DNA of 64,000 nt from Thermoproteota archaeon. Its GTDB lineage: Archaea > Asgardarchaeota > Jordiarchaeia > Jordiarchaeales > Freyrarchaeaceae. A program made the position numbers and the translations under genes. Shown piece by piece: positions 18,731 to 29,006 of the stretch (position 1 is its first letter; every line of letters begins with the position of its first letter). The notes beneath the pieces are model-generated. The model had not been told where the DNA came from and searched no databases. It worked only from the letters and a program-made list of their open reading frames with translations. Where the stretch lies: NCBI GenBank assembly GCA_029258835.1, contig JAPDJY010000030.1:64001-128000 (forward strand), written 5' to 3'.

Positions 18731-18863
18731 TTTATGTATGTATATGTTTACATATGTTTATACATGTTTTTTGTGTTTTACATATAGTGAACATATGTAC
18801 ACTTGTTTTTTATGTAAAAAATTCTTATTTTATTCAATAATCATTTATACATATATACATAAA
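18731..18863. promoter_or_regulatory. AT-rich divergent promoter with repeated ACAT/ATGT boxes (putative operator array)
   Basis: TATATGTTTA-CATATGTTTA-TACATGTTTT at 10-bp period (18741-18770); ACATATGT palindromes at 18750 and 18791. Confidence 0.5.
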
Positions 18864-18871
18864 TTCCGTGG

Positions 18872-19132
18872 GTGATGCTTATGGCCGTAGCAACCCAAAT
18901 GGTCAAATTCCAAGAAGAAGTTAAAGGCGAGGAACTACCCCCCTCAGCGCTAGAGGTCATAAACATCCTAAGAAGGGAGGGTCCTCTAACGCCAAAGGAA
19001 CTTTTCGAGAAGACCACATTCGCCCCTAGAACGGTCAGGTACGCCTTAAAGATCCTGCTAGACAGGAAGCTGGTGAAAAAAGTTCCAAACCTCAATGACC
19101 TGCGTCAGAACAAGTACGTAGCGCTAGGGTAA
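18872..19132 (+). CDS. Small MarR-like winged-helix regulator
   Basis: LPPSA...GPLTPKEL...RTVRYALKIL...DLRQNKY. Confidence 0.85.
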   Translation: MMLMAVATQMVKFQEEVKGEELPPSALEVINILRREGPLTPKELFEKTTFAPRTVRYALKILLDRKLVKKVPNLNDLRQNKYVALG

Positions 19133-19252
19133 ACGTTGAGTGTTCTCCATGAAATACGCTAGTGCTTTCAAGAAGTCTTGGAGAAAACACTCACCTCTAA
19201 AGGGAAGCTGGGTTTTTAAGAGGAACTAGGGCTTCACAAGGGGGCTCAATGG

Positions 19253-19828
19253 TTGAAGCTGGTTGCTTCTCTTGAAGGTGTGCATGGATGCGGGAAAACA
19301 ACGGTGTTCACCTACCTTCGCTCAAAAAGGCCTGAGTGGGTGTTTTTTCCAGAGTTCCTTGAAGAACCAATGTACCCCTTCGGCTCCAAGGATAAGCAGG
19401 TTGCTTTCAGAGCTGAACTGTGGGTTTTCCAGCAAATGCTAAAAAGAAACGAGTTGATAAGTCGCATTAAGGAAGGAGTCATAGTTTGCGATAGGAGTCC
19501 GATCTGTGTCATAGCATATTCGCATGCCTTATGTTCTAGGGACGACTACATCCTGCTAGAGAATCTTTATAGATCCGTTAACTGGCATGAAGACCTAATT
19601 TTTTACTTTGATGAAAGCTTGGAGGACGCCCTTTTTAAAATAAAGAAAAGGAGAGGGCGGCCGGAAGAATGGAACGAGGATGATCCAGAATACGTTGCGA
19701 AGGTGCTTGAAGGATACGAGAAAGCCTTCAGGAACTTCACCCTTAACGTCGTCAAAGTGAGAAACAGCGACATTGAAAAGCTGGGCGCAAAAATACTAAG
19801 TAAAATCGAAGAATACCTTGAACACTAA
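19253..19828 (+). CDS. Thymidylate/deoxynucleoside kinase-like P-loop kinase
   Basis: EGVHGCGKTT, CDRS. Confidence 0.8.
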   Translation: MKLVASLEGVHGCGKTTVFTYLRSKRPEWVFFPEFLEEPMYPFGSKDKQVAFRAELWVFQQMLKRNELISRIKEGVIVCDRSPICVIAYSHALCSRDDYILLENLYRSVNWHEDLIFYFDESLEDALFKIKKRRGRPEEWNEDDPEYVAKVLEGYEKAFRNFTLNVVKVRNSDIEKLGAKILSKIEEYLEH

Positions 19829-20085
19829 AGAGGAACACTGACATCCTCAAGTTTAACTAAAGGGCACCTCCCCCTTCTTCACGCTATTTTCCATTACATG
19901 TAGAACTGTTTGGAGCATTACGTTGGTTTGAACGTCCTCCTCTACCGGCATGTTTAGGTGGAATCGTTAATGTTGGAACGCCTTCTGCCTAGGTGTGAAT
20001 CATGGCTCCTTCCGGCCCGAAAATCGGGTTTTGGGCGTTTGCTCCTCTTAGATAACTGTTTTTAAGTTTTCCTGATTTTTTCCTA

Positions 20086-21042
20086 ATGGAGGGGGTTAAG
20101 TTAAAGGTTGCAGAGTATGTTATGCAATGTGCCATTCTCGCCATACTGCTCGAGGTTAGCGGCTACCCTAAGCCGGGTAACGTCCACCGTGTCCGCGACA
20201 GCCCCGAAACAAGGTTTGAGCACTTCTTGGCCGGCGCCGTCGCCATCGGACCCGCTATGGGCAAACTTGCCGAAAACGGCTTCAAGGCAGAAACGGGGGA
20301 AATAAGTTTAAGGGATATTTCGGTGGGCCGCTTCATCCTCGAAGCAGTGGACGCTACTGCTAAATGGCAGAGGGGGGGTAACACGAACCTTGGAACAGTT
20401 CTCCTGTTCTCACCCTTGTCTGCTGCCGCTGGTATGTGCATCGCCTCCTCTGGCGGCGTGTCCGTTGACGAGCTTAGAGGAAACGTTGTGAAGGTTATAG
20501 ATGGCACTACGGTTGACGATGCCGTAAAGGTTTATGATGCCATTCAGCTCGCTAAACCAGGAGGAATGGGGAAGGTAAGCGTGCTTGACGTGAACGACCC
20601 GGAGTCGAAGAGGAAGATCGCCTCGGCCGGCCTCACCTTGAAGGACGTCTTCGCCGTCAGCGCAGGGTGGGATGGGATTAGTGAGGAATGGGTTAACGGT
20701 ATGAGGACTGTTTTTACCATAGGATACCCTGCATTCAAGAAGCATTATGCCGCCACCGGAGACGTGAACGTGGCTACGGTGAACACTTTCCTAACGATTC
20801 TCTCAGAAAAGCCGGATACGTTAATAGCTAGGAAGGCTGGAGCCGATGCGGCACGTTACGTAAGCTCCAAGGCGGAGGCTATTTTGAATGCAGGAGGAAT
20901 CGAGACACCCGGCGGAAGAAGGCTTTGCTGGATGCTAGACGAAGAACTTCATAAAGCGAAGGGAAAGCTCAATCCGGGAACCACCGCAGACCTGACAGCT
21001 GCATCGATCTTCGTCTGCCTGCTGGAGGGCCTCCGGTACTAG
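20086..21042 (+). CDS. citG: Triphosphoribosyl-dephospho-CoA synthase family protein
   Basis: PKPGNVHR, NTNLG, DTLIARK, NPGTTADL. Confidence 0.9.
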   Translation: MEGVKLKVAEYVMQCAILAILLEVSGYPKPGNVHRVRDSPETRFEHFLAGAVAIGPAMGKLAENGFKAETGEISLRDISVGRFILEAVDATAKWQRGGNTNLGTVLLFSPLSAAAGMCIASSGGVSVDELRGNVVKVIDGTTVDDAVKVYDAIQLAKPGGMGKVSVLDVNDPESKRKIASAGLTLKDVFAVSAGWDGISEEWVNGMRTVFTIGYPAFKKHYAATGDVNVATVNTFLTILSEKPDTLIARKAGADAARYVSSKAEAILNAGGIETPGGRRLCWMLDEELHKAKGKLNPGTTADLTAASIFVCLLEGLRY

Positions 21043-21136
21043 CGTTACACCCCTACTAGGGCTTATTCTATTCCTCGTTGAAGCAGAAAACTTTTCAACC
21101 GTCGCTTACGCTTTTTTATATAAGTAGCGTCTAAGG

Positions 21137-22189
21137 ATGATAATGATGCCCCTAGGTGTTTTTGTAATCCGCTTCTCCGCTAACGCTGTTTCCTTGGAAA
21201 GCTCCTTCCTCCACGACTCCGCGCTGTCAGAAGACGTCCTCGTCTCCTTCTTCTCTAACTACGATCTCAGAGTGGGAAAGGTTGAACGCGTCGAGGTGGA
21301 CCATGAAGAAGTTCTTTTCGGTGTTGTGGGTAAGGGTGAAAGCCTTCTTCTGCTAGGGGTGATCTTAGAGAGCGAGTTGGAGGAGGCCTTCTTTAAACGT
21401 TACGTGTTGGATGAGGCAGCGTTCTTACTGGAACAGTCAGGCGGAAACCTTTTCCTACTTCTAGCTGAAAGCTATAGTAACATGTTAACTAGGGTTTCCC
21501 ACGACGTGGAACGGCATTTGTCGGAGGCTGAGAACCGTGAGCTTTCCATAGGCGACCAGCAGAAAAAAATCGAGTCCGTGCTGGAGTCAAAGTACGATGA
21601 GGAGTTAAAAGTTGCAGAAGAGCTGGAGGTGCTAAAGGAAGGCGAAGACCCTGAGAGCCTCTTCAGGAGGCTTGAAAGCCTTTTCGGCGAAGAAAAAGAG
21701 TTGGAGGAAAAGCTGAAGAACATAGTGGAAGAAAAGGAGCGAGCCCATGAAGAAGCCTCCTCGCTGCAAGCTACACTTAACAAGCTGGGTGAAGTGCTCT
21801 CCCAGCTTCAAACAGTGCTCCTTCAAGCTAGAGCTGCTATGGTAGAGGCCAAACAAGAGGAAAAGGTTGAAGAGGAGTTTTACACGGTGTTTGACGTGCT
21901 TAAGAGCAAGTATGGGGAAGAGAATGCGGTCATATTGGAGTACTTGTACATTATAAGAACTCCTCAGAGCCTTGACGAAATAGTTAACCATCTTAACATG
22001 GATCCTAACACGTTAAGGGAAAAGTTAAAGGAGCTTGTAGCAAGAGGGTACGTGTGCACACTTAGAAAGAAAAAAGCTGAAGATCTTTTCTACACTGTTT
22101 GCCCTTCATGCCCCCTTAACACTAAGTGCATGAAGGAGAGGAAGATGAACTGGGCTGAAATTCTTTCGATGGTGAAAGTTGAAGGCTGA
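21137..22189 (+). CDS. Hypothetical: longin-like N-terminus, long coiled coil, wHTH, Cys cluster
   Basis: E/K/L-rich heptads; QSLDEIVNHLNMDPNTLREKLKELVARGYV; CPSCP...C. Confidence 0.7.
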   Translation: MIMMPLGVFVIRFSANAVSLESSFLHDSALSEDVLVSFFSNYDLRVGKVERVEVDHEEVLFGVVGKGESLLLLGVILESELEEAFFKRYVLDEAAFLLEQSGGNLFLLLAESYSNMLTRVSHDVERHLSEAENRELSIGDQQKKIESVLESKYDEELKVAEELEVLKEGEDPESLFRRLESLFGEEKELEEKLKNIVEEKERAHEEASSLQATLNKLGEVLSQLQTVLLQARAAMVEAKQEEKVEEEFYTVFDVLKSKYGEENAVILEYLYIIRTPQSLDEIVNHLNMDPNTLREKLKELVARGYVCTLRKKKAEDLFYTVCPSCPLNTKCMKERKMNWAEILSMVKVEG

Positions 22190-23318
22190 AGCAGGATGGG
22201 GTCGTTTGTCGAAGGTTCTCAGGAGAAGAGCCCTCTGCCTAGGCTTGGTTAAAGAGCTGACTTTAAGGCAAGGCACGTTCACCATCCAGGACGTGGTGAA
22301 CGAAACAGGTCTCCCTAGGACCACGGTGCAGGACTGGATTCACCGCCTCGTAGATGAAGGGTTCATTAGAATAATCGAGGAATCTGTTGGACGTAAACCC
22401 GCCAGGTACGCTTACGTTAGAGACGAAGCATTCCCCTACTTGGCATGTAAACGTATTTTTACGGCGGTAGACTTAGACGCAGGCATAGCGGAAATCTACC
22501 ATGAATGTAGCAGTGAAGGCGCAGTTATATTCTGCGCGTTCGAGCACTTTAAGGCTAAAGGGGCGATAATAGAAGCTAGGTATGAGGGAAAATTCCTTAG
22601 AGAGCTAACCATCCTTGGAAGAGAGAGAGAAGTTGCTTCGGGGGCTTCGATGGCTGTAGAGCGGGTGGACGTGGTAGGCGACAAGGTTATTCAAAAGATT
22701 AGGGCTGTCGGCGGACCCGCACACTCACTGACCGAAACCATGAGGTTCGCTCGAGGGCTGAGGGAGCTTAAAGTTAAGCCCATGCAGGGGTATGTTGAGG
22801 GCATCGTTGTCACGGACATGCTCGAGCACGTCACTATAGGCGTAGATGACACCGACAGTCCCGACTCAGGGGCAACCTGGGCGTTAACCTTAGCTTTGCT
22901 TAACAGCCTTAAGGGGCTAGTCGAGGAGATAAGCCATAAGGTTGTCCACTTGAACCCCAATGTGAAGTATAAAACCGTTGGTAACGCTGCAAGCTTCATA
23001 GAGGTTGCGGTAGCACCCAACAAGCTTAATGCATTAATCAGCCACTCGGTGAACTTTCTAGAGAAAGAAACCTACTCGGATAACACGGCTGTAGCGTTTC
23101 TGAAGGGCTTAACGATTCCTGATCCGCTCAAGTCCTTCGCTAACAGGGCGCGACGCATGGAAGTCACGGTGAGCGAGGCTGAAAGGGTAGCTAAGAAGGC
23201 TGGTGTCAGCGTTTACGAGGTTACTGGAAGAAGAGGGATGATAGGGGCTGTAGCTAGCCTAGCCTTCTTTAGAGCTCCTCCCGAAGTCCTTGTGAACTCG
23301 GAAGCCCTCCTGGCCTAA
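22179..23318 (+). CDS. wHTH fused to DUF1743 / TiaS-N-like (methanogenesis marker 11-like) domain
   Basis: FTIQDVVNETGLPRTTVQDWI HTH; IGVDDTDS..GATW, GRRGMIGAVA. Confidence 0.75.
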   Translation: MKAEAGWGRLSKVLRRRALCLGLVKELTLRQGTFTIQDVVNETGLPRTTVQDWIHRLVDEGFIRIIEESVGRKPARYAYVRDEAFPYLACKRIFTAVDLDAGIAEIYHECSSEGAVIFCAFEHFKAKGAIIEARYEGKFLRELTILGREREVASGASMAVERVDVVGDKVIQKIRAVGGPAHSLTETMRFARGLRELKVKPMQGYVEGIVVTDMLEHVTIGVDDTDSPDSGATWALTLALLNSLKGLVEEISHKVVHLNPNVKYKTVGNAASFIEVAVAPNKLNALISHSVNFLEKETYSDNTAVAFLKGLTIPDPLKSFANRARRMEVTVSEAERVAKKAGVSVYEVTGRRGMIGAVASLAFFRAPPEVLVNSEALLA

Positions 23319-23320
23319 GA

Positions 23321-23992
23321 CTAGCTTCTTTCAACCCTCCTTACCCTCCTCCGCTTATACTTCGTTCTCAGCTTTTTCTCTTTCTCTCTAATTAGTGCTG
23401 GGCTTACAGCTCTCTTCTTCTCCATTTTCAGGTATTCTCTCAGCCATTCCACGTCCGGGTAGTCTGGAGGCTTCTCCGGCAAGGTTTTCCCGCAGTTGGG
23501 ACACACGGTATTGCCAAAGAGAACTTTTCCGCAGCTCGGGCAGAAGCCATGCCTCAACAGGTTCTGCCTCGTCTTACGGGTTCCAAGTACGTCTATCACC
23601 GCGAAAGCTACGAACCCGCCCATCGCCGCGAAGGCCATGTAAACCATTTCTATCGGCGTTCTCCCCTGAGTGTACCATTGATAGAATATGAAGAATGAAA
23701 GGTTTGGCGCCATGACCATCTGAAGAATGGGAGGGTACTGCGTCTGAAGCCCATTCATAACTATCGCGACGCTTGCCGCAAAGCCTGCTATGTAAAGGGC
23801 TAGCATCCTCTTTATACCCGTCCTCTTAGAGAGCTCTTCATGGGTTAGACATTCTATACATCGTTCCCCGACGAGGCCCTTCACTTTTTCAAGGCATATG
23901 TTGCAAAAGGGTCGTCCGCACTTTACACATCTACCGGTTGCAGCGTACATCGGATGGAACGTACAACTCTGCACCTGCTTCTTTTCCGGCAT
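23321..23992 (-). CDS. B-box-like Zn finger / 2-TM / double Zn-ribbon membrane protein
   Basis: CTFHP..CVKCGRPFCNIC; two hydrophobic segments; CPSCG..CPNCG. Confidence 0.75.
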   Translation of the reverse strand: MPEKKQVQSCTFHPMYAATGRCVKCGRPFCNICLEKVKGLVGERCIECLTHEELSKRTGIKRMLALYIAGFAASVAIVMNGLQTQYPPILQMVMAPNLSFFIFYQWYTQGRTPIEMVYMAFAAMGGFVAFAVIDVLGTRKTRQNLLRHGFCPSCGKVLFGNTVCPNCGKTLPEKPPDYPDVEWLREYLKMEKKRAVSPALIREKEKKLRTKYKRRRVRRVERS

Positions 23993-24109
23993 GTCCGTTC
24001 CTCCTTTCCAGCTCTTACAACCTATTAAAAGTTGTTTTTGCCATTTAAAAAGACTTTTTAGCAGTCTACCTCTAATCTCTCCTAAGAGAAAATTGGAGGT
24101 ACAGAACTA

Positions 24110-24421
24110 ATGTGCGAGTTTAGGGTGAAGGTTACGGGTTTAAGCGGCGAGAGGCAAGTTGCAGACGAAATAGTTTATGTTAAAGTAGGAGGAGACGGGG
24201 TAGTCCTAAGGGATATTCTCGGATCAGCCGTGCAGGTAAACTCCGCCATTGTAAGCTACGTTAGCGTGACATCAGAAGAAATACATTTAGTGGAGCATCC
24301 CCTAGTAGGGGCATTCTTAACCTTACTCTCCAAGCTGGAGAATTCGAAAAACAAGGAAGATGTGAAGGCTGCATGGGAATCGTTCGTCAAGGAAGGTGAC
24401 AAAATAATTTCAGAGTGCTAA
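24110..24421 (+). CDS. CooT-like nickel-binding / RNA_bind_2 protein
   Basis: MCE start, LRDILG motif. Confidence 0.7.
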   Translation: MCEFRVKVTGLSGERQVADEIVYVKVGGDGVVLRDILGSAVQVNSAIVSYVSVTSEEIHLVEHPLVGAFLTLLSKLENSKNKEDVKAAWESFVKEGDKIISEC

Positions 24422-24460
24422 AAGCCAGCACCCTTAAACCTATTAGACATAGAACTTCTC

Positions 24461-25498
24461 TCACGTCGCATCTTCTAAATGTATGTAGTCTCTCGCATTA
24501 GCTTCCTGTGACCCGACCACCACCCGGTAATATTCTTCTCCCCTTCCTTTTACTTTTTCTAGTTTGCCATGCACCCTTACACGCTCCCCCTCCCCAGCTA
24601 TGTCGCAGAAGAGCCCTTCATAGGAGACCACCTCTTTTATCTCTCCAGGACAGTCCCCTTCCAGAATTGTTACGTCTTCGACCTCGTATTTGCATGGTAG
24701 GAAGATCGCGTCCTTACTTGATGAAATTGTTGCTTTGATAGTGCACATACCTACCTTTCGGAAAACCCTGTCTCCGTATTTCTCATCTATTTCTTCGTCG
24801 ATCCTTACAGGATGTATTGAAAACCTCGTCCCCCTATAGAAACCTATGTTCCATTTCCTTTCAAGAATTTTCCGTGCCTGCTTCTTGGAAAGCTGGAACA
24901 CTCCCTCCTTCTTTCTAACCCACTCTTCAGCCGCCCTTCCCGTGAACGTCTTAACATCCCTTCCTCTAAGGGAAAGGATAGCCTCCTTAACCCTTACCGC
25001 GTACCTTCTTCCATAAACTGTTAAGTCAACGTCGGAGAACGAGGGATTATGGATGTCTATTAGAATGGACCCGGTCACTCCGAACCTCCGCAGGGGGACC
25101 CCGCTTTCACGTGAGAGAAGTGAAATCAGGGATAAAGCCTTCTCCTGAAGCGGGTCAACTCTCTTCTCCTCTAAAAGCTTCGCAACTTTCACCTCAGGGT
25201 AGTATCGGGACTCGATCTCGCTTCCGGGAACCGCCGAGAAAACTATCCCGTAAACATCCGAGTAGTACAAGTACTTCGGGTATTTTCTCAGGAATTTGAA
25301 GGTGTCTGCTACTGCGGCGGCATCATATCTTGAGAGTATCCTGTGAAACTTTCCTCTTTTCCCCCACCGGCCAGCACTGCTTGGAACATATTTCAAGTAA
25401 GCCAAGACTCTCCCTGGTGGGTGGGCGTAACCTACAACACAGAAGAAAAAGTTTTCACGTGTTCTCAGAAAGTCCCTGTCACGTTCCATTCTAACCAA
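24461..25498 (-). CDS. Pol-beta-superfamily nucleotidyltransferase with C-terminal OB fold (paralog 2)
   Basis: HPP..VLAYLKY, GVTGSIL...SDVDL. Confidence 0.8.
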   Translation of the reverse strand: MVRMERDRDFLRTRENFFFCVVGYAHPPGRVLAYLKYVPSSAGRWGKRGKFHRILSRYDAAAVADTFKFLRKYPKYLYYSDVYGIVFSAVPGSEIESRYYPEVKVAKLLEEKRVDPLQEKALSLISLLSRESGVPLRRFGVTGSILIDIHNPSFSDVDLTVYGRRYAVRVKEAILSLRGRDVKTFTGRAAEEWVRKKEGVFQLSKKQARKILERKWNIGFYRGTRFSIHPVRIDEEIDEKYGDRVFRKVGMCTIKATISSSKDAIFLPCKYEVEDVTILEGDCPGEIKEVVSYEGLFCDIAGEGERVRVHGKLEKVKGRGEEYYRVVVGSQEANARDYIHLEDAT

Positions 25499-25513
25499 GG
25501 TGAACCACCTAAA

Positions 25514-26515
25514 TCACCACTTAACTATTAAGAAATCCTCTCGTCTCCCCCCCACAACAAGCCTAAACCACTCTTCACCCTCAGACTTCACCCTTTCAAC
25601 CTTCCCCCTTGCCATAACTTTTTCCCCCTCCCTTGCTTGGTCGCTGAAGCGCCCCCTGAAAGAGACAACCTCCCTTACAGGAAACCTCGCTCCCTCCAGA
25701 ACCTTCACGTCATCCAAAATGTAACTGCAAGGCGTGAAAATTGCATCTGAGGCATCCGCCACCACCCCTTCAACTAGAGCATAGCCTACATGCCTGTACA
25801 ATCTCTCCCCGTAAACTTCACCGTACTCGTCAGGGTACTTCACAAAGCGAAGAAAGAAGTCGCAGCTTTTAACCACCCCTGACATATACTTCCTCCTCTC
25901 ACACCTGGCAAAGTCCTCGTACCCTATCAAAGTATCCTTAGACCTGAACTCGTAGAGCCTTCTCAATTCCTCCTCACCATAAACTCGTATGTCTCCTTCA
26001 CTGCAAACCAGGTTCTTCATCGCCTCGTAGGCCCTCCAACAGTTTCTCTTTCCAAAGACGACGATGTCCACGTCTGAACTCGGCCTCTCCATGCTTACAA
26101 GTAGAGATCCCGAGACTCCAATGCTGCCTATAGGAACCCCCGCCTCCTCCGCTATCCTCGTGGACAAGAAGGCTGCCGCCTCCTCCAGCCTGCTCCTCTC
26201 CCCTCTTACGAGAAGCCGTGAAAGCCTTTCACGTGGATCGTAGACCTTAGCTATGTCGCCCTTCGGGACACCCTCAACCTCCATTCCGAAGACGTGGTCA
26301 AAGTACAGGTAGTCCGGCTTCCTATTCCTAAGTATTCTTTCCCTTTCCTCGAGAGAATACACCTTGCGGAACCTCACCCCCCCTCTCTCACGTTCACCCC
26401 TAGGATCCGGAAAATACCGCAGGTACGCTATAACCCTGTCTGGAGGGTGAACAACCCCCTTCACGTCAAATATGAATCCTTCAATGGTCTCTAGGAAGAA
26501 TCCCTCTATTATCAA
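25514..26515 (-). CDS. Pol-beta-superfamily nucleotidyltransferase with C-terminal OB fold (paralog 1)
   Basis: HPP..VIAYLRY, GVSGSLL...SDVDI. Confidence 0.8.
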   Translation of the reverse strand: MIIEGFFLETIEGFIFDVKGVVHPPDRVIAYLRYFPDPRGERERGGVRFRKVYSLEERERILRNRKPDYLYFDHVFGMEVEGVPKGDIAKVYDPRERLSRLLVRGERSRLEEAAAFLSTRIAEEAGVPIGSIGVSGSLLVSMERPSSDVDIVVFGKRNCWRAYEAMKNLVCSEGDIRVYGEEELRRLYEFRSKDTLIGYEDFARCERRKYMSGVVKSCDFFLRFVKYPDEYGEVYGERLYRHVGYALVEGVVADASDAIFTPCSYILDDVKVLEGARFPVREVVSFRGRFSDQAREGEKVMARGKVERVKSEGEEWFRLVVGGRREDFLIVKW

Positions 26516-27463
26516 CTAATCACCGCTGGATGCAAGCTCTCTCTTCAACTCCTTCACGGTAGCTTTCCTATATGCCACCGTGTTGTAGGAGTGAACTGAC
26601 TCCATGCTTTCCACCCTGACCTCCACTATGGATTCGTCTGGAAGCCACTTCAGCCTTCGCAGAGTATTAAAAATTATCAGTCGTGCAACATCCTCGACAA
26701 AAAGGGGGTTTAAATGTGCTAGGCGGATAAGTCGCGCCTCCTCATGCCTCTTAAGAACATCCTGTATACTTCCACTCATCGAACTTTCTACAACCTCAAC
26801 CAGATCCGTTAAGTCTATGCCTCCATTCCCAACCTCGACTATTAAGGTGCCCCGGCAGCGCTGACTATGAGAGGCAAGTGGAACCACGTCAAGTATTTTA
26901 CCTATGACCTCCTTGCTAAGTGAAAGCTCTTCAGCTCTCTTGGCGAGTATTGCCTCAGCGTAGCTTCTCACCATTTCCTGAGCGCATGGGCAAGCCGTCA
27001 TGCCATCCACGCTAACACCTACGAAAACTCTAGCTTCAATTTCTTCGCCCCTCTTGGCTTCGCCTCTAACGTGTAGCCTACACGCCTTCTGTCTTTTAAC
27101 CTCCTCTTCCCCCGCTCTAACATCCAATATCAGCGGACTTTCAAATACGACGACAGCTCTATCAGAGTATTCATGTTTTTCAAGAAGACGCTCCAGCAGC
27201 TTTCTGCAGAGCTCCTCGACGCCCTCAACAGGCTTATACGCTACGTCCTCTACAATGCTCTCTATCGTTTCGCTGCTCCTTGACATGTGCACCCCCCTCT
27301 GCTCCCTAGGCAAGTTTATGTACGCGGAAAACTCGGGTATGAGCGTCGTCTCTTTTCCATCCCTAACTACTTTAACCTTCTTGACGAGTCCTGAAACTCC
27401 GACCATGTCAAGTGCTACAGGTATCTGGGCGCGCTCGCCTTGAACGTCTGGGAGGTCACTCAT
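26516..27463 (-). CDS. mptA: GTP cyclohydrolase MptA (FolE2 family)
   Basis: LPDVQ, RGVHMSR, GMTACPCAQ, SHSQR, NPLFVED, ESVH; ATG 27463 overlaps the upstream stop. Confidence 0.9.
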   Translation of the reverse strand: MSDLPDVQGERAQIPVALDMVGVSGLVKKVKVVRDGKETTLIPEFSAYINLPREQRGVHMSRSSETIESIVEDVAYKPVEGVEELCRKLLERLLEKHEYSDRAVVVFESPLILDVRAGEEEVKRQKACRLHVRGEAKRGEEIEARVFVGVSVDGMTACPCAQEMVRSYAEAILAKRAEELSLSKEVIGKILDVVPLASHSQRCRGTLIVEVGNGGIDLTDLVEVVESSMSGSIQDVLKRHEEARLIRLAHLNPLFVEDVARLIIFNTLRRLKWLPDESIVEVRVESMESVHSYNTVAYRKATVKELKRELASSGD

Positions 27464-29006
27464 AGTCACCACCAAACACGTCTGCATCCTGAACATAGCT
27501 TTTACCTAGCTTAAGGCAGCATTCAGCTTTCCCAAGCTCCCTGCCAAGGTAAACGGCATGTTCAAGGGACCCAACTAACCCCTCTGAGAGAATAGTTTTC
27601 CCTAAGTGTTCAGCGTTTTCCCCGACGAAAAGCCTTTCGCCCCCGCCCCCCCTATGCAGAACGAAAATTCTACCAGTGTCATGGTTAACCCATATGGTGA
27701 AGTAGCCTAATGGGTCGGGCGTGTACTCCTTTCTTTCTCTCTCAAACACGGCTTCGACTCCCTCGACGTTTGGCGCCTCGAAGAACTCCCTCTTACTCTT
27801 CGCCCTAAGCAAACTTACCCCTAAATCCTTTGGAGGAGAGGAAAGGGCCTTGGCTATCGCAGCCATCCTCCTCGCGGTAGCAACCTCCCTCACGCTCCCC
27901 CTGGTCTTAACGCTGTTCTCCGTTGTAAGAATTAATGGAGCACCAACCTCCTGGGCAATGATCGCCAACATTGCGTTAATGCCAACGCTGTCAGCGTCTA
28001 CAAACTCGGATACGTTCCCGGCTCCAAACATGAGAGGGGTCTCCCTGTCCAAGTCTCTGAAGATGAGGTAAGACCTGAGAGATCTCGTGAACCCGGGATT
28101 TATCGGCGGCTCGAGCAGTAGGTCAGCTATGATCCTCCTAAACCCCTTCCTCCTAGCTTTCTCAACGATCCTAAACGCTTTCTCCGCTCTTCCCTCAGGG
28201 TCTCCAGGCAAGTCTCCCGTCCTAACGTTGGTTGGTAGGAGAACTACAGCCACGTCCATGGGGATTTTCACCTCGTCTATGTTCCCGTAGTCCAAGCTGA
28301 GAACCATGTCCGCTCCGGCCTCCACAGCGGCCTCGATCTCCGACGGGTTTAAGCTGTCAACGCTGACAGGAACCTTAAACCTTTCGCGGATCTCGTAAAC
28401 TAGCTCAGCTATTCTTTGAGCGTTGTCTTCTCCCACCACCGCTCCAATATCGATCATGTCCGCACCCGATTTCAAATAGTATTCCGCTCTGGACAGAACC
28501 CTGTCCGTAGGCAACGTCGGAGCATCCACCACCTCAGCCAGAATCCTCACTACGCCGTCCAGTCCAACGTAAACTCCTTTCACACCATCCCTACCAACGG
28601 TAAAGCCAACCCTTGCTTCCTTCCCCTCCTCATATCCCTCAATCTCCCTCCACAGCATAGCCCTCTCCCTTGCAACAATCACGTCAAGCGGCTCCTCCTT
28701 AGATAACTCCTCCAGTTTTTCAAAGACTAATGGAATGTCACATGCATACCTTGAACCCTTGAAGACAGGCACTCCCAAGGCCTTCTCTATAGGCTTGGTG
28801 CTTCCTCTCATCAATCCTGGCACGATTATCATGTCATACTTCTTTCTCGCGACAGCTCCTCTGAGCTCCTCAACTACCATTTGCGGCGTGATGAGGGCTG
28901 CAACGGAGACAGGGAGGCATGCCACGTCAACTTCAGCCTCCACATCGCCAGCGTACTTTCTGACTAATGGCTCGGCAAGCCTCCCTGTAACCAGCAGAAC
29001 CCTCAA
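27456..29006 (-). CDS. Dihydropteroate-synthase-like protein with C-terminal DUF4346-like domain
   Basis: LVTGRLA, AEVVDAP, GADMIDIG, GNVSEFVDADSVGIN, PPKDLG, HAVYLGRELGKAE; TTG 29006 overlaps the upstream stop. Confidence 0.85.
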   Translation of the reverse strand: MRVLLVTGRLAEPLVRKYAGDVEAEVDVACLPVSVAALITPQMVVEELRGAVARKKYDMIIVPGLMRGSTKPIEKALGVPVFKGSRYACDIPLVFEKLEELSKEEPLDVIVARERAMLWREIEGYEEGKEARVGFTVGRDGVKGVYVGLDGVVRILAEVVDAPTLPTDRVLSRAEYYLKSGADMIDIGAVVGEDNAQRIAELVYEIRERFKVPVSVDSLNPSEIEAAVEAGADMVLSLDYGNIDEVKIPMDVAVVLLPTNVRTGDLPGDPEGRAEKAFRIVEKARRKGFRRIIADLLLEPPINPGFTRSLRSYLIFRDLDRETPLMFGAGNVSEFVDADSVGINAMLAIIAQEVGAPLILTTENSVKTRGSVREVATARRMAAIAKALSSPPKDLGVSLLRAKSKREFFEAPNVEGVEAVFERERKEYTPDPLGYFTIWVNHDTGRIFVLHRGGGGERLFVGENAEHLGKTILSEGLVGSLEHAVYLGRELGKAECCLKLGKSYVQDADVFGGDYE

